64,000 bases of DNA. Origin: a virus. Lineage: Duplodnaviria; Caudoviricetes. Positions within the stretch are counted from its first letter, which is position 1. Every line of letters starts with the position of its first letter. Below, in pieces: positions 1 through 9,978 of this stretch. A program made the position numbers and the translations under genes. The notes under the pieces are model-generated. The model was not told where the DNA came from. It saw only the letters and a program-made list of their open reading frames with translations, and made no database searches. Location: positions 256,001-320,000 of IMG/VR virus record IMGVR_UViG_3300035208_004923. One strand, given 5' to 3'.

Positions 1-2
1 TA

Positions 3-608
3 ATGGATTTTTTAATGTTACATACTGCATTATTCAATGTAAATCGAAACATTGTTCTTGCATCTGTTAAAGAATGTATGTCTGTTGAAAGTATGGATAA
101 AATTAGACGTATATATGCAGACTTGCCGTATTACTTAAAACCTGGCGTCGAAAGTTATAACAAGAAATCATTAAAGTTCGATAACGGATGCAGAATTTTT
201 GCAATATCTTCTAGGCCAACTTCAACGATTGGTTTTTCGATTCACCATTTATTCTTGCAAGATTTTGCACACATGCAACCAGTTGCATCATCTGAATTTA
301 TACGTAATACATATGTAAGTATTAGTGCAATAAAAGATTCTACAATATTCATACAATCAACACCTAATGGGTATAATCAATTTTATGATATTTATGATAG
401 AGCATCACGTGGATTGAATTCTTATATGGCAACAAAAGTTTTGTGGTGGCAAGTGCCGGGACGTGATGAAAAATGGAAAGAACAAGAAATTCGCAATTTA
501 GGATCTGCTGAATTATTTGCTCAAGAATATGATTGCATGTTTTTTGGCAATCCTGAAGAATGGATTAAATGGCAAAATTCAACTATATCAGATTGGTATT
601 TGAAATAA
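3..608 (+). CDS. Terminase large subunit (gp17)-like ATPase domain, short/degenerate paralog; may be 5'-partial
   Basis: LPYYLKPGV..YNKKSLKFDNGCRI, STPNGYNQFY, WWQVPGRDEKW, FAQEYDC resemble T4 gp17. The Walker B position reads LQDFAH instead of xDEFA, and the ORF stops before any nuclease domain. Confidence 0.75.
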   Translation: MDFLMLHTALFNVNRNIVLASVKECMSVESMDKIRRIYADLPYYLKPGVESYNKKSLKFDNGCRIFAISSRPTSTIGFSIHHLFLQDFAHMQPVASSEFIRNTYVSISAIKDSTIFIQSTPNGYNQFYDIYDRASRGLNSYMATKVLWWQVPGRDEKWKEQEIRNLGSAELFAQEYDCMFFGNPEEWIKWQNSTISDWYLK

Positions 609-632
609 AAAAAAGAGGCAATTGCCTCTTTT
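607..632. terminator. Bidirectional intrinsic terminator
   Basis: aaaaaagaggc-aatt-gcctcttttt palindrome between convergent genes. Confidence 0.8.
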
Positions 633-642
633 TGTTGATATT

Positions 643-1269
643 TTAATACATATTATTCGGTATGTATCTGCTTTTGATATAATCAGCAACAGCAATTAGT
701 GCTTTAGGCTCATGTTTGCATGCATCAGCAAGATCGTCAGCCATAACTTTCAATTGTGGCCATGCATCAATTTTACCCCACGAACTTGTGCCATTCATGA
801 AAAAACCTTGTACTTGGAATTTTGTATCTTTATATTCGCCAAATCCTCTTGATTTACCTGTTGTGTAATCCCATACTCTAAAGAATATAAATCCTAATGC
901 AGGATGTTCAAAGCAAACAACAGTAGTGTCTGTGTATTGTTTGTTTTTGATAATTTTAGATGGAGTCCATTCTTTTTTGTTTGGCGCAATTACTAAATTT
1001 GTTAGCACATCAACAACTTCTTTACCATTTTTGTACGCTTCTGTTGTGTATAATCTAATTGACGTATAATTCCATCCATCAGTTTTCCAATTACCTTTTG
1101 TATCAATTTCACGAAATTCATCAGGTGTTCCTGCACATCGTGGAACAACTTCTCCTTGATTAAAACCTGGTGCTTTATTGAAACGGTTGATGTAAACGTC
1201 CATGTCTCCAAATAATGTAGCACTTTCGTTTAATGCAAAATCTTCGATTGTTGGTATTCTTCTTATCAT
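643..1269 (-). CDS. Leader-family protein (putative internal head protein)
   Basis: N-terminus MIRRIPTIEDFALNES. Confidence 0.65.
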   Translation of the reverse strand: MIRRIPTIEDFALNESATLFGDMDVYINRFNKAPGFNQGEVVPRCAGTPDEFREIDTKGNWKTDGWNYTSIRLYTTEAYKNGKEVVDVLTNLVIAPNKKEWTPSKIIKNKQYTDTTVVCFEHPALGFIFFRVWDYTTGKSRGFGEYKDTKFQVQGFFMNGTSSWGKIDAWPQLKVMADDLADACKHEPKALIAVADYIKSRYIPNNMY

Positions 1270-1270
1270 A

Positions 1271-1492
1271 TTATATTTTGATTTTATTTATTTGTGTTTC
1301 TAATTCATCTGCAAAGTTTTGTTCAAAATCGCTGGCATCAGCTGATTTGTTATATGCAGTTTTCAAATAGTTATATGCATGGTCATCAAGTTGTTTGAAT
1401 TTTTTAGGGTCATGACCTAATAATACTAAATATTTATCGAATGATTCTTTTTCATCTATAAATTTGTCGAATGACGGTATTCTTTTTTCCAT
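1271..1492 (-). CDS. Leader-family small protein (start re-called at 1492)
   Basis: Internal ATG gives MEKRIPSFDKFIDE and removes the overlap with the upstream ORF. Confidence 0.65.
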   Translation of the reverse strand: MEKRIPSFDKFIDEKESFDKYLVLLGHDPKKFKQLDDHAYNYLKTAYNKSADASDFEQNFADELETQINKIKI

Positions 1493-1500
1493 AATTTTAT

Positions 1501-1698
1501 TTACCAGTATCTTTTTACACAAAATTTTTGTGGTTTCTTTACGTAACTTTCCCATGCACAACTGCAATATGGACAGTGACTTCTATGAACTTCATTGAAA
1601 AACATGCATTGAACACAAATTCTTACTCTAGACCGTGTCAATTCATTTGCACCTACGGGTAAAAATTTCTTATACAATGCTTCTTCTCGTTCTGTCAT
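1501..1698 (-). CDS. Small Cys-rich (Zn-ribbon) protein
   Basis: CVQC...CPYC; TGAATATATAA motif just upstream. Confidence 0.5.
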   Translation of the reverse strand: MTEREEALYKKFLPVGANELTRSRVRICVQCMFFNEVHRSHCPYCSCAWESYVKKPQKFCVKRYW

Positions 1699-1793
1699 AG
1701 TATTTTATTTTATATATTCATAGAACAAAAGACAAAAAAAAATCCAGAGCAATTGCTCTGGATTTGAAAACCAACCGTTAAGATTAGTTTATG

Positions 1794-2225
1794 TTATTTG
1801 TTTTGAATATTGACTTTTATAGGGGCAGCAGATTCCGAACGAGGAACCTTGATTGTAAGTAAACCTTTATCCATAACTGCCACAATTTGTTTCAAATCAA
1901 ATTGGGAGCCAATTTTCCAACCCAAATTGAATGAACGGCGTGTGATGCCGCGGTGTATGTAATGATCTTCGTCACTGACTGTATCACCACTTTTTTTATC
2001 ATTAGATACTCTTAAAATATCAGATTCAACTGCAATATCAATATCATCAGATGTTAATCCGATTGCTGCAATATCAAATTGCAATCCTTCTTTTGTTTCT
2101 TTAATATCAACAGGATAAGAATACTTAGATTCTTGAGCAATGTTAAACATTGATTCCGTGTTAAAGAAATCTTTAAATAAAACTTCGAATGGGGAATTTC
2201 CCAAAATAAAACGATGTTGTGTCAT
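1794..2225 (-). CDS. Small heat-shock protein (Hsp20/IbpA family)
   Basis: YPVDI, YIHRGITRRSF, MDKGLLTI motifs; 143 aa. Confidence 0.9.
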   Translation of the reverse strand: MTQHRFILGNSPFEVLFKDFFNTESMFNIAQESKYSYPVDIKETKEGLQFDIAAIGLTSDDIDIAVESDILRVSNDKKSGDTVSDEDHYIHRGITRRSFNLGWKIGSQFDLKQIVAVMDKGLLTIKVPRSESAAPIKVNIQNK

Positions 2226-2334
2226 AATTAATCCTCCTAAAATAGATTTTTTTTTAATTTGTTTTTGTTACGTTAATTTTTGTTTGCCTAAGCTAAACAG
2301 TAATAACGGTTGGTTTTATTATATATTCAGAAAC

Positions 2335-3237
2335 TTATAAAAGTTTTGAATTTTCTTTATAATTTACATAAAATTTTTGAATGAAAACTTTAGCGTTATC
2401 TGTTTTAAAAACTTTATGTTTTGTTTTTGCTCCAACTTTTGGCGCCATTGTTACTTCGCAAATTGTCATAATGGATAACGCGTTTTTATCATATACTAAA
2501 TGTAATCCAGATTCGTCACGTTTTGATTTACGCATTACAATAATTGATTTATCGTTATATGGCAGCTCATTATTTACCATAATTTTAATAGCACCTATGT
2601 TACCTGCATATTGCAAAATTCCTGGAATTTCATTTGTCACTGTATCAGCATGAACAAACATTGACATATCAATAAATTTATTTAGCAATCCTGGTCCTAT
2701 TATACAAATATCACCGGAACCTCTTCTGCATGTAATTGCAACTTTATTGCCAAATAAAAATAATTTGCCAAGTAAACTTGTATTATTTTTAACATTATAT
2801 GATTTAATGTATGTTTTACTAAATAATTTGTACACCCATGTTTTTAATTTATCGAATCTTGTGAATGATTCCAAATAATTTTCATGTCCTAATGAATATA
2901 TTTCAGACAACACACTTCTGATAAGTTTATTTTTTGTGCATTCAATAACTTTTGATGTTGATGCTTCAACCGCATCAACGCCGCATGCTTTCATATCATA
3001 TACATCAGTAGCAGTCATTGTTATACTTTCAAAAACCGTGTCTAATTCTGCTACGTGTTGATGCAATTGTAACCCAATTTGGGCTTGCTTATCATTTGTT
3101 TCTAATGCAACAAAATCAAGATAATTATGTACATAATTATCACCTGAATTTTGTATTACATTTACTAATGAATTGATATTAGCATCTTCATATATGAATT
3201 TTGCTAATGTGTCGATATTGTCTTTACTTAATTGCAT
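2335..3237 (-). CDS. Divergent gp23/gp24-like capsid paralog
   Basis: AITCRRGSGDICIIG..YAGNIGAIKIMVN..IIVMRK aligns by eye with ISQRGRRGPANFIV..VGAVAGMTVYVD..VLVGRK of the major capsid in this window. Confidence 0.6.
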   Translation of the reverse strand: MQLSKDNIDTLAKFIYEDANINSLVNVIQNSGDNYVHNYLDFVALETNDKQAQIGLQLHQHVAELDTVFESITMTATDVYDMKACGVDAVEASTSKVIECTKNKLIRSVLSEIYSLGHENYLESFTRFDKLKTWVYKLFSKTYIKSYNVKNNTSLLGKLFLFGNKVAITCRRGSGDICIIGPGLLNKFIDMSMFVHADTVTNEIPGILQYAGNIGAIKIMVNNELPYNDKSIIVMRKSKRDESGLHLVYDKNALSIMTICEVTMAPKVGAKTKHKVFKTDNAKVFIQKFYVNYKENSKLL

Positions 3238-4073
3238 TCTTTATGTTTTGCTATTATTTGTAATCTTTCTAATTTAACTTTAAATACTTCTGGGTATTTA
3301 ACAACATACGGAATCATACGTATATAATGTCCGATTTCTAATAATTCGATAAAATTCATTTTATCGTTATTGAAATTGAATTGTGTTTTAATTTCATTAA
3401 AAATTTCATTGAAGAATTCCATGTCAGAAAACCTAGTTTCTTGGAATAATTTTGAAAGATCTAATAAATAAGATGGCCACATATCATTTTTGAAATTCGG
3501 GTCGATTAATGTATACTTTTCGCCATCCCACAAAATATTATCAACTGTAAAGTCTCCATGAAAATATGATAATGAAGAATTTGCAAATTGCGAATATTTA
3601 AGTATTAACGGTTCGTATGCAAACCAATCGAATCCTTCAAATAAATCAGGATTTCTTAAAACAATTTTTTTAAGATATTCAATATATGCTTCAAATGTCA
3701 ATTTTGGCGGAATTCCATTTGCAAAATTTGTAGGCATATTTTGTTCTAACCACATGCTTGCGTTTGCACCAAAACGTTCGCTCGCAGGCAATTTTATATG
3801 TCTTGCAATTCTAACAAGGTCTGCTGCATTATTTTTATTCATCGGTTTCGCATCAATTTTATTCATGCTGAATCCTGTTTCTTCAATTTCGCTTATCAAA
3901 TATAAATGACTAAATCCGTATTCTGGAAATTTATCTTTCATTATATTTAACCAATAGAATTGACGTTCAACAAATTGCTTTCTATGAATGTCATTTGTAT
4001 ACTTATAAACTGTATGAGAACCTATTTTGAATTTCTCGTGCGAATAACCTTTTACTTCTGTTACGTTTTTCAT
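3228..4073 (-). CDS. Aminoglycoside/choline-kinase-like phosphotransferase
   Basis: HGDFTVDNIL and LIDP motifs. Confidence 0.75.
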   Translation of the reverse strand: MKNVTEVKGYSHEKFKIGSHTVYKYTNDIHRKQFVERQFYWLNIMKDKFPEYGFSHLYLISEIEETGFSMNKIDAKPMNKNNAADLVRIARHIKLPASERFGANASMWLEQNMPTNFANGIPPKLTFEAYIEYLKKIVLRNPDLFEGFDWFAYEPLILKYSQFANSSLSYFHGDFTVDNILWDGEKYTLIDPNFKNDMWPSYLLDLSKLFQETRFSDMEFFNEIFNEIKTQFNFNNDKMNFIELLEIGHYIRMIPYVVKYPEVFKVKLERLQIIAKHKECN

Positions 4074-5425
4074 TAAAATAATGATTTAGATTTAGATTTT
4101 CTTTTTACTGAATCATCGCGTTCAAGTGACAATTCAATGTCGATACCTGTTCTTTTGAATGATTTGTTTAATATGTCATAAACAAAAGTACCAGTTTTTG
4201 CTTCTTTTAATAAGTTGTATTGCAATCCTTTTACCAATGCAATACGTTTATCCGGATTTGCATCAAGATAATCCATTTTTTTATAAAGATCCTCAGGAGT
4301 TTTTACTCTAATGAAATGGTCAGCAGGAACAACAGAGTTTTGTGTATCGTATCCTGGTACAAGAAACGGAACAACACCTTGCGCAAGTGTATCTGCCCAT
4401 TTTGCTGTACTCCAATCTGCTCGAATTCCTTTAACAACAGTATATCTTGTTTGACGTAATTTTGCATCCATTTCTTGATATGGTATCATTCCTTTGAACC
4501 AATCTTCATAACCAGCAATTACTTCAGGTGACCATTTACCGTAAATTTCAACTTCTTTTTTATCGTCATATTTAAAAACCCAAGTTTTTAACATTTCTAA
4601 ACGGTCATCATAACCTGCGCCTTGTCCATATTTTGATTGCATAACACCCATAAGTAATCGTATCGGTCTATCGTTATCTGGCGGATATATCGGTTCCTGT
4701 ATTCTTGCAAGTTTTTCGATTCCTGTTGCTTCTAAACGTAAGTGTTTAACAGTTTCATTGCCAACAGTTTCTTCATTGCCTTCATAACAATCGACACTTT
4801 CCCACGTAACAGCCTTTTCAAATTGTGAAATGATTTCACGTGGAGTATTCATGGTATCACGTTGACGATACACATCTTTTACGTATCGAGGATCTAATGA
4901 TACATTATACCAAGGTAATTTTGTCATGTTTAGAAAATGAACAACAGGCGCACAATAATTATATGTAACCCATTGTACACGAACACGATGTTCAGGTATT
5001 CTTACAGCACCTAAAAAATTTGGAATTGAATTATTTGTGAAATATCCCATTCCAGAAAATAAGTATGCGGTATCTAAATTGTGTTTATCTTTGAAGTGCT
5101 CGTAGAAATTTCTGTAATTAGTGCAAAGTTGAGTATCTTCATTTTTCTTTGGCGTTACACTCGCGCGTGAAAAACCAGGTTCTTCAGAATACGGGTCGAA
5201 TAAAACGCCTCGTGGGTCGAATTCTATTTTTTCATTTTCAGGCAAATCTGCCCAATCAGATTTTTGCAATAACATTACATGCGAAATTGATTTATTACGA
5301 ACAAGTGACCATAACATTTTCCAATATTCTAATGATCCATCGTACCGTTGTATTGTATCTTTTTTGAATTTTAACGCACACCCAATTGCGCCAAATCCGA
5401 TACGAACGTTCTCTGTTTTTGTCAT
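4073..5425 (-). CDS. GT-B glycosyltransferase, possibly DNA-modifying (beta-glucosyltransferase-like)
   Basis: DPRY, EIYGKW, TAKWADTLAQGVVPF, DYLDANPDKR in a GT-B C-terminal pattern. Confidence 0.55.
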   Translation of the reverse strand: MTKTENVRIGFGAIGCALKFKKDTIQRYDGSLEYWKMLWSLVRNKSISHVMLLQKSDWADLPENEKIEFDPRGVLFDPYSEEPGFSRASVTPKKNEDTQLCTNYRNFYEHFKDKHNLDTAYLFSGMGYFTNNSIPNFLGAVRIPEHRVRVQWVTYNYCAPVVHFLNMTKLPWYNVSLDPRYVKDVYRQRDTMNTPREIISQFEKAVTWESVDCYEGNEETVGNETVKHLRLEATGIEKLARIQEPIYPPDNDRPIRLLMGVMQSKYGQGAGYDDRLEMLKTWVFKYDDKKEVEIYGKWSPEVIAGYEDWFKGMIPYQEMDAKLRQTRYTVVKGIRADWSTAKWADTLAQGVVPFLVPGYDTQNSVVPADHFIRVKTPEDLYKKMDYLDANPDKRIALVKGLQYNLLKEAKTGTFVYDILNKSFKRTGIDIELSLERDDSVKRKSKSKSLF

Positions 5426-5463
5426 ATTACTATTAAATTTATTAATATTTATATACAGATGAA

Positions 5464-6033
5464 TTAAATAGTTTTGCCGTTTGCAATATCTTCAGCTTTC
5501 TTGCGAAGTTTTTGTTCTTTTGCTTTGATTATGTTTTTCTTTACTTTTGTTTTGTATTTCAAAAACTTTTGATGAATTTGTTTAAATTCAAGATGCGTTA
5601 ATTCCTCATGAGATTCGCTTGATACTAAAAAATTTGTAGGCATCCAATAGTAATAAAATGCACAGGATTTTTTGTCATCAAAATCTTTTTTGTAATGAAT
5701 CTGTTCGTCATCTAATTGTTTTATAATATCTTTTTCATCAGAAATAAATTTGCTTTCTCTATTGAATATTTTTGCAAAAAAACCTGTCGGTTTGATTTCC
5801 TTTGTTTCGATATAACGTCGGCAAGTAACGTATCCTTCAAGTATCAGATACATTTCCGAATCGTTGATGATCATTTGTAAATTTTTCTTTGGATGGAATT
5901 TGCTAGGTGTAAAACCTGCAAGAGGCGATAGTTTTGTATAAATGTTTTTTGTTAATTTTGTAGTTGAAGGATTAACTTTTATTACATTTTTCGTACTACC
6001 TAATTGTTTTAAAATTGTTTCTTTGATGCTCAT
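5464..6033 (-). CDS. Hypothetical protein
   Basis: 189-aa ORF in gene-dense context. Confidence 0.5.
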   Translation of the reverse strand: MSIKETILKQLGSTKNVIKVNPSTTKLTKNIYTKLSPLAGFTPSKFHPKKNLQMIINDSEMYLILEGYVTCRRYIETKEIKPTGFFAKIFNRESKFISDEKDIIKQLDDEQIHYKKDFDDKKSCAFYYYWMPTNFLVSSESHEELTHLEFKQIHQKFLKYKTKVKKNIIKAKEQKLRKKAEDIANGKTI

Positions 6034-6081
6034 ATATGTTTAAATAGAAAAAGAGGGAACCTAGCGATTCCCTCTTTTGTT

Positions 6082-7545
6082 TTAGATGATAATTTTTGAA
6101 TAGCGTGGGTCGTTAATTGTTCTTAACATTACTCTTTCTGGCGAAAGAATATCTCCACCTAAAACGGATTTCAATATTGCTGGTGAAAATCCTGATATTA
6201 ATGCAGCCCCAGTTTTGTCAAATTTAACTGGGTTATTTTCCATTTTTATAACGTTTACTTTCCAGAATACAATTGTTGGCATTGTATATCCTGCCGCTTC
6301 GTATTTTTGCGAAATCATTTGCCATGCTGATGCGTCAACTCCGCGAATATAACTTCCGTTGAATTCCATATCTGATACAATAAGAATCTTTGTTGGCATT
6401 TCAGATACAGGTACGTTTCCGTTTACTGCAGCATTAAGTATCAATTCAAATGCAGCACTAAGATTTGTATCGTATCCTTTAGGACCTTTGATTTGTCTAA
6501 TTCTTTGCGATAAAGAACCAGTCATTCTCTGCAATGTTGGTTGACTTGTAAATGTAATAAAGTGGTCTTTAAACGCGCCTTCTGTTCTTTCAGCAATATA
6601 CATACTCAACGATATTGCAACATCTCCAGCATATAAGTTATCAGTTATTTTTCCAGAAGAACTTGTCATTGATTCTGAAACGTCAATCATTGATATAATA
6701 TTTTCATTGTTGCCTTCAAGAAAATTTGGTAATGCGTTCCATTGCGCTTGTGCAGCGTTTTCGTTTGTACTTACAGTTTTGATTACGTCGTAAGGATATA
6801 TTGCGCCGGCATTGATTTTTGCTTCACCTTTTTCAACTGCTTTTACGTATGCACTGAATCTTTCTTGGTCATTTTTTCCGAATGACTTCATGTAACGAGA
6901 CATTGCAAGCGAAGGCACTTTTTGATAATCTATAGATGAAAAATCTTTATTGCACATTGCTGTTTCAACAACATTTGTTAATGTTGATAAAAGAACTCTA
7001 TAATCTTTTGGCGAAATACCCATTGCAGTTCTGATTTTGTTTGCAATTAATTTTTTATCTTTAGATATTTTTCCACCAAGACGAGGCATCCATTTTGCGC
7101 ATAACGGTTTCATGTTATTGTCTCCAAGTAAAACTGCGATTATGTAATCAATTGCTGCTCTTTCAGCAGGTGTTGAGAATACCGCAAATAAGTCATCGAA
7201 TCTTCCGTATTCTGGAATAACTGTTAAGTTCTTTAACAATACTTCAACGTTTTTTGTTGCTAAGTGATTTAACAATTTTTTGAATACTTCACGTTCTCCA
7301 GCACCACCTCGAATGTCACGAGACCAGAATAAAATTTTCATTGCAACTAATGGGTTTTCTGCGAATGCACCATCGAACATATCAGATAATTTTTCCATCA
7401 TTACTTTGTTATCTCTGTTTGCTCTCATTGCTCCTATTGCGAAGAAAAGGTCAACACAGTAACTTGATGTTGTTGAGTTTGTTAACATACCGTTTGCAGT
7501 TCTTGCGTCGTTTGTTGTCATAGACTGTAATAAAGCGTTTGCCAT
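6082..7545 (-). CDS. TROVE/Ro60-like vWA protein (DUF2828 family)
   Basis: RDIRGGAGER, YGRFDDL, AKWMPR, MIDAS DVSESM, SDMEF, GFSP. Confidence 0.85.
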   Translation of the reverse strand: MANALLQSMTTNDARTANGMLTNSTTSSYCVDLFFAIGAMRANRDNKVMMEKLSDMFDGAFAENPLVAMKILFWSRDIRGGAGEREVFKKLLNHLATKNVEVLLKNLTVIPEYGRFDDLFAVFSTPAERAAIDYIIAVLLGDNNMKPLCAKWMPRLGGKISKDKKLIANKIRTAMGISPKDYRVLLSTLTNVVETAMCNKDFSSIDYQKVPSLAMSRYMKSFGKNDQERFSAYVKAVEKGEAKINAGAIYPYDVIKTVSTNENAAQAQWNALPNFLEGNNENIISMIDVSESMTSSSGKITDNLYAGDVAISLSMYIAERTEGAFKDHFITFTSQPTLQRMTGSLSQRIRQIKGPKGYDTNLSAAFELILNAAVNGNVPVSEMPTKILIVSDMEFNGSYIRGVDASAWQMISQKYEAAGYTMPTIVFWKVNVIKMENNPVKFDKTGAALISGFSPAILKSVLGGDILSPERVMLRTINDPRYSKIII

Positions 7546-7662
7546 AATAATTTGTTTTTATTGTTAATATTTTTATAATATGCTTTTTTCTTACAAAAAA
7601 AGCGAGAATACGTTTAAGTCTGCAACAAAGCGGACGAAATTGTATTCTCGCGAATAAATTTA

Positions 7663-8036
7663 CAGGTTGCGCATTGATTGATAGTTAAACGATTACTGGT
7701 AAACCAGTGGGACGTCAAATTAGTTTTCAATAATTGCTGTAGGCAACCTTCCTAATAATGTTGCAGGTTAGTGTTTATAGTTTTTGCTGAACTTTTTGAG
7801 TTGCTGTAACTAACCTTTTATATTTTCAAAATTCTGAACAGATTAACTTTGAGATTTTACTGTCTCGCAGTTTGTGTATTTGCAGAGCACCCTCCGATAA
7901 TCCTTTGTTCCGCAATGTTTCGATAACGAACGGCATTTGCAGCGGTTAATGTATGAAGGCGATTGATTTTCCTTCGAGATTAGACTAATGCTTCTAGTTT
8001 AAATTAGTTGCAGTATTTAATCTTCAATCAGAATTT
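7663..8036 (-). ncRNA. Array of three related structured RNA units upstream of the TROVE-like gene
   Basis: Each unit is a closing stem (AGGTTGC/GCAACCT, AGGTTAGT/ACTAACCT, AGATTAA/TTAATCT) whose 5' strand is followed by TAC(A/T)GCAA. Confidence 0.6.
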
Positions 8037-8093
8037 GTATTTGTTTGTTTTGTTTATATATTATACACAAGTATAAAATAGTTTCAAAAATTT

Positions 8094-8585
8094 TTATTTT
8101 TTTATCATATCACTGTTCCAAGCCAGTAACGTTGGAACAACACTTTGAAAATCATCTTCGGAATTTAACTCTTTTTTGTCTTTTAATGACTTGATGAAAT
8201 CTGATAATTTTGATACTATGGTATTAACGCCAATCCCAATATGATTACTATGTCCATCAAAATATACGTAATCGCCATTTATATCATCATACATTAAAAT
8301 AACAGGACGATTTGCCCATAATCTTGCTTGCGTTCTTGACCAAAGTTCTCGGTATTTGTATGGTGTTGACAGATTGCATTTAAAACCCATTTCCTCTACA
8401 TTTAATTGCAATTTGAAATTTTTTGTTGGCACGCCATAAATAATAGTAGGATTTTTAACGTAATTCGAAGCAAGAAATACTAAATTTTTAAGTGTTACTT
8501 CCGCATACGTTACTTCATAAATACTTTCGTTTATTATTTGACTTTCATTGATGAATTCGTCAAGTGTTGGTATTCTTCTTTCCAT
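8094..8585 (-). CDS. Leader-family protein
   Basis: MERRIPTLDEFINESQIINES. Confidence 0.7.
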   Translation of the reverse strand: MERRIPTLDEFINESQIINESIYEVTYAEVTLKNLVFLASNYVKNPTIIYGVPTKNFKLQLNVEEMGFKCNLSTPYKYRELWSRTQARLWANRPVILMYDDINGDYVYFDGHSNHIGIGVNTIVSKLSDFIKSLKDKKELNSEDDFQSVVPTLLAWNSDMIKK

Positions 8586-9655
8586 TATACTAATTAATTT
8601 TTAAAATGACTTTGTGCTTCTTTATCCGTGTAAAATTTCTTTTCAACAATATCATAGTATATGCTATCAGATGTTGAACCTGGAAAATAAAGTGAACAAC
8701 CGTTAGATCCTTGGCCCATATTTGGTGTTCCATGATTGTACGCAAAATGTACTGTTGTCCAAATATATGCAGGGAAAGTAAAAACACCGTTTTCTTCTTT
8801 TCCCATTGGCATTTTTCTACCAGAGAAATTATCAATTGTTACAGAATTCATGCCATATTGAAATATGCCGTATTCATGTCTGTTAATAGGTTTTATAGTC
8901 ATATCAATATATCCTCTTGAATTTTTAACATCAGATATATTAAGTTGTATTCCTATTTTTTTGTTAACCAAATCAGAAAATGCTTGGCCCCAATTTTTTA
9001 ATATAGATGCTTCCAATTCAGATTGTGAAGTTATCGTAGAGTCAGATACCATTTGTTCTGATTCGTTTAAAAATTGTGAAGATTCATTGATGAATTCGTC
9101 AAGTGTTGGTATTCTTCTTTCCATTATACTAATTAATTTTTAAAATGACTTTGTGCTTCTTTATCCGTGTAAAATTTCTTTTCAACAATATCATAGTATA
9201 TGCTATCAGATGTTGAACCTGGAAAATAAAGTGAACAACCGTTAGATCCTTGGCCCATATTTGGTGTTCCATGATTGTACGCAAAATGTACTGTTGTCCA
9301 AATATATGCAGGGAAAGTAAAAACACCGTTTTCTTCTTTTCCCATTGGCATTTTTCTACCAGAGAAATTATCAATTGTTACAGAATTCATGCCATATTGA
9401 AATATGCCGTATTCATGTCTGTTAATAGGTTTTATAGTCATATCAATATATCCTCTTGAATTTTTAACATCAGATATATTAAGTTGTATTCCTATTTTTT
9501 TGTTAACCAAATCAGAAAATGCTTGGCCCCAATTTTTTAATATAGATGCTTCCAATTCAGATTGTGAAGTTATCGTAGAGTCAGATACCATTTGTTCTGA
9601 TTCGTTTAAAAATTGTGAAGATTCATTGATGAATTCGTCAAGTGTTGGTATTCTT
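8544..9655. repeat. Tandem duplication with 539-bp period, bounded by a 34-bp leader-coding repeat present three times
   Basis: ttcattgatgaattcgtcaagtgttggtattctt at 8544, 9083 and 9622; the two encoded proteins are identical after residue 3. Confidence 0.9.
8594..9124 (-). CDS. Leader-family protein (duplicate copy)
   Basis: MERRIPTLDEFINES plus a body identical to 9133..9663. Confidence 0.7.
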   Translation of the reverse strand: MERRIPTLDEFINESSQFLNESEQMVSDSTITSQSELEASILKNWGQAFSDLVNKKIGIQLNISDVKNSRGYIDMTIKPINRHEYGIFQYGMNSVTIDNFSGRKMPMGKEENGVFTFPAYIWTTVHFAYNHGTPNMGQGSNGCSLYFPGSTSDSIYYDIVEKKFYTDKEAQSHFKN

Positions 9656-9663
9656 TGTTTCAT
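9133..9663 (-). CDS. Leader-family protein
   Basis: MKQRIPTLDEFINESSQFLNES. Confidence 0.7.
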   Translation of the reverse strand: MKQRIPTLDEFINESSQFLNESEQMVSDSTITSQSELEASILKNWGQAFSDLVNKKIGIQLNISDVKNSRGYIDMTIKPINRHEYGIFQYGMNSVTIDNFSGRKMPMGKEENGVFTFPAYIWTTVHFAYNHGTPNMGQGSNGCSLYFPGSTSDSIYYDIVEKKFYTDKEAQSHFKN

Positions 9664-9694
9664 TCTACTTAATTATTTTTGTATTTTTTACCAA

Positions 9695-9946
9695 TTAGTC
9701 AAGTGCTTTGCCATCAGGATATTCACCTTTTGCAATTGCGTATTTTACAATGTCAACAGTATCAAATGCAGGATGCGGTGCTATACCGCCATTGTATTTT
9801 TTGTCCCATTCTGCTACTGATGAAGGATTATTAATGTCAAATTCTTTATTTACGTATGCTTTAACAACATACATAGAAAACCACGATTTTGGGGTTCTTA
9901 CGCTCTCGTTAATAAATTGTTCTAATGTAGGTATTCTTTGTTTCAT
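9695..9946 (-). CDS. Leader-family small protein
   Basis: MKQRIPTLEQFINES; late-type motif at ~9962. Confidence 0.7.
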   Translation of the reverse strand: MKQRIPTLEQFINESVRTPKSWFSMYVVKAYVNKEFDINNPSSVAEWDKKYNGGIAPHPAFDTVDIVKYAIAKGEYPDGKALD

Positions 9947-9978
9947 TGATATACTTTATTTTATATATTCATATCAAA

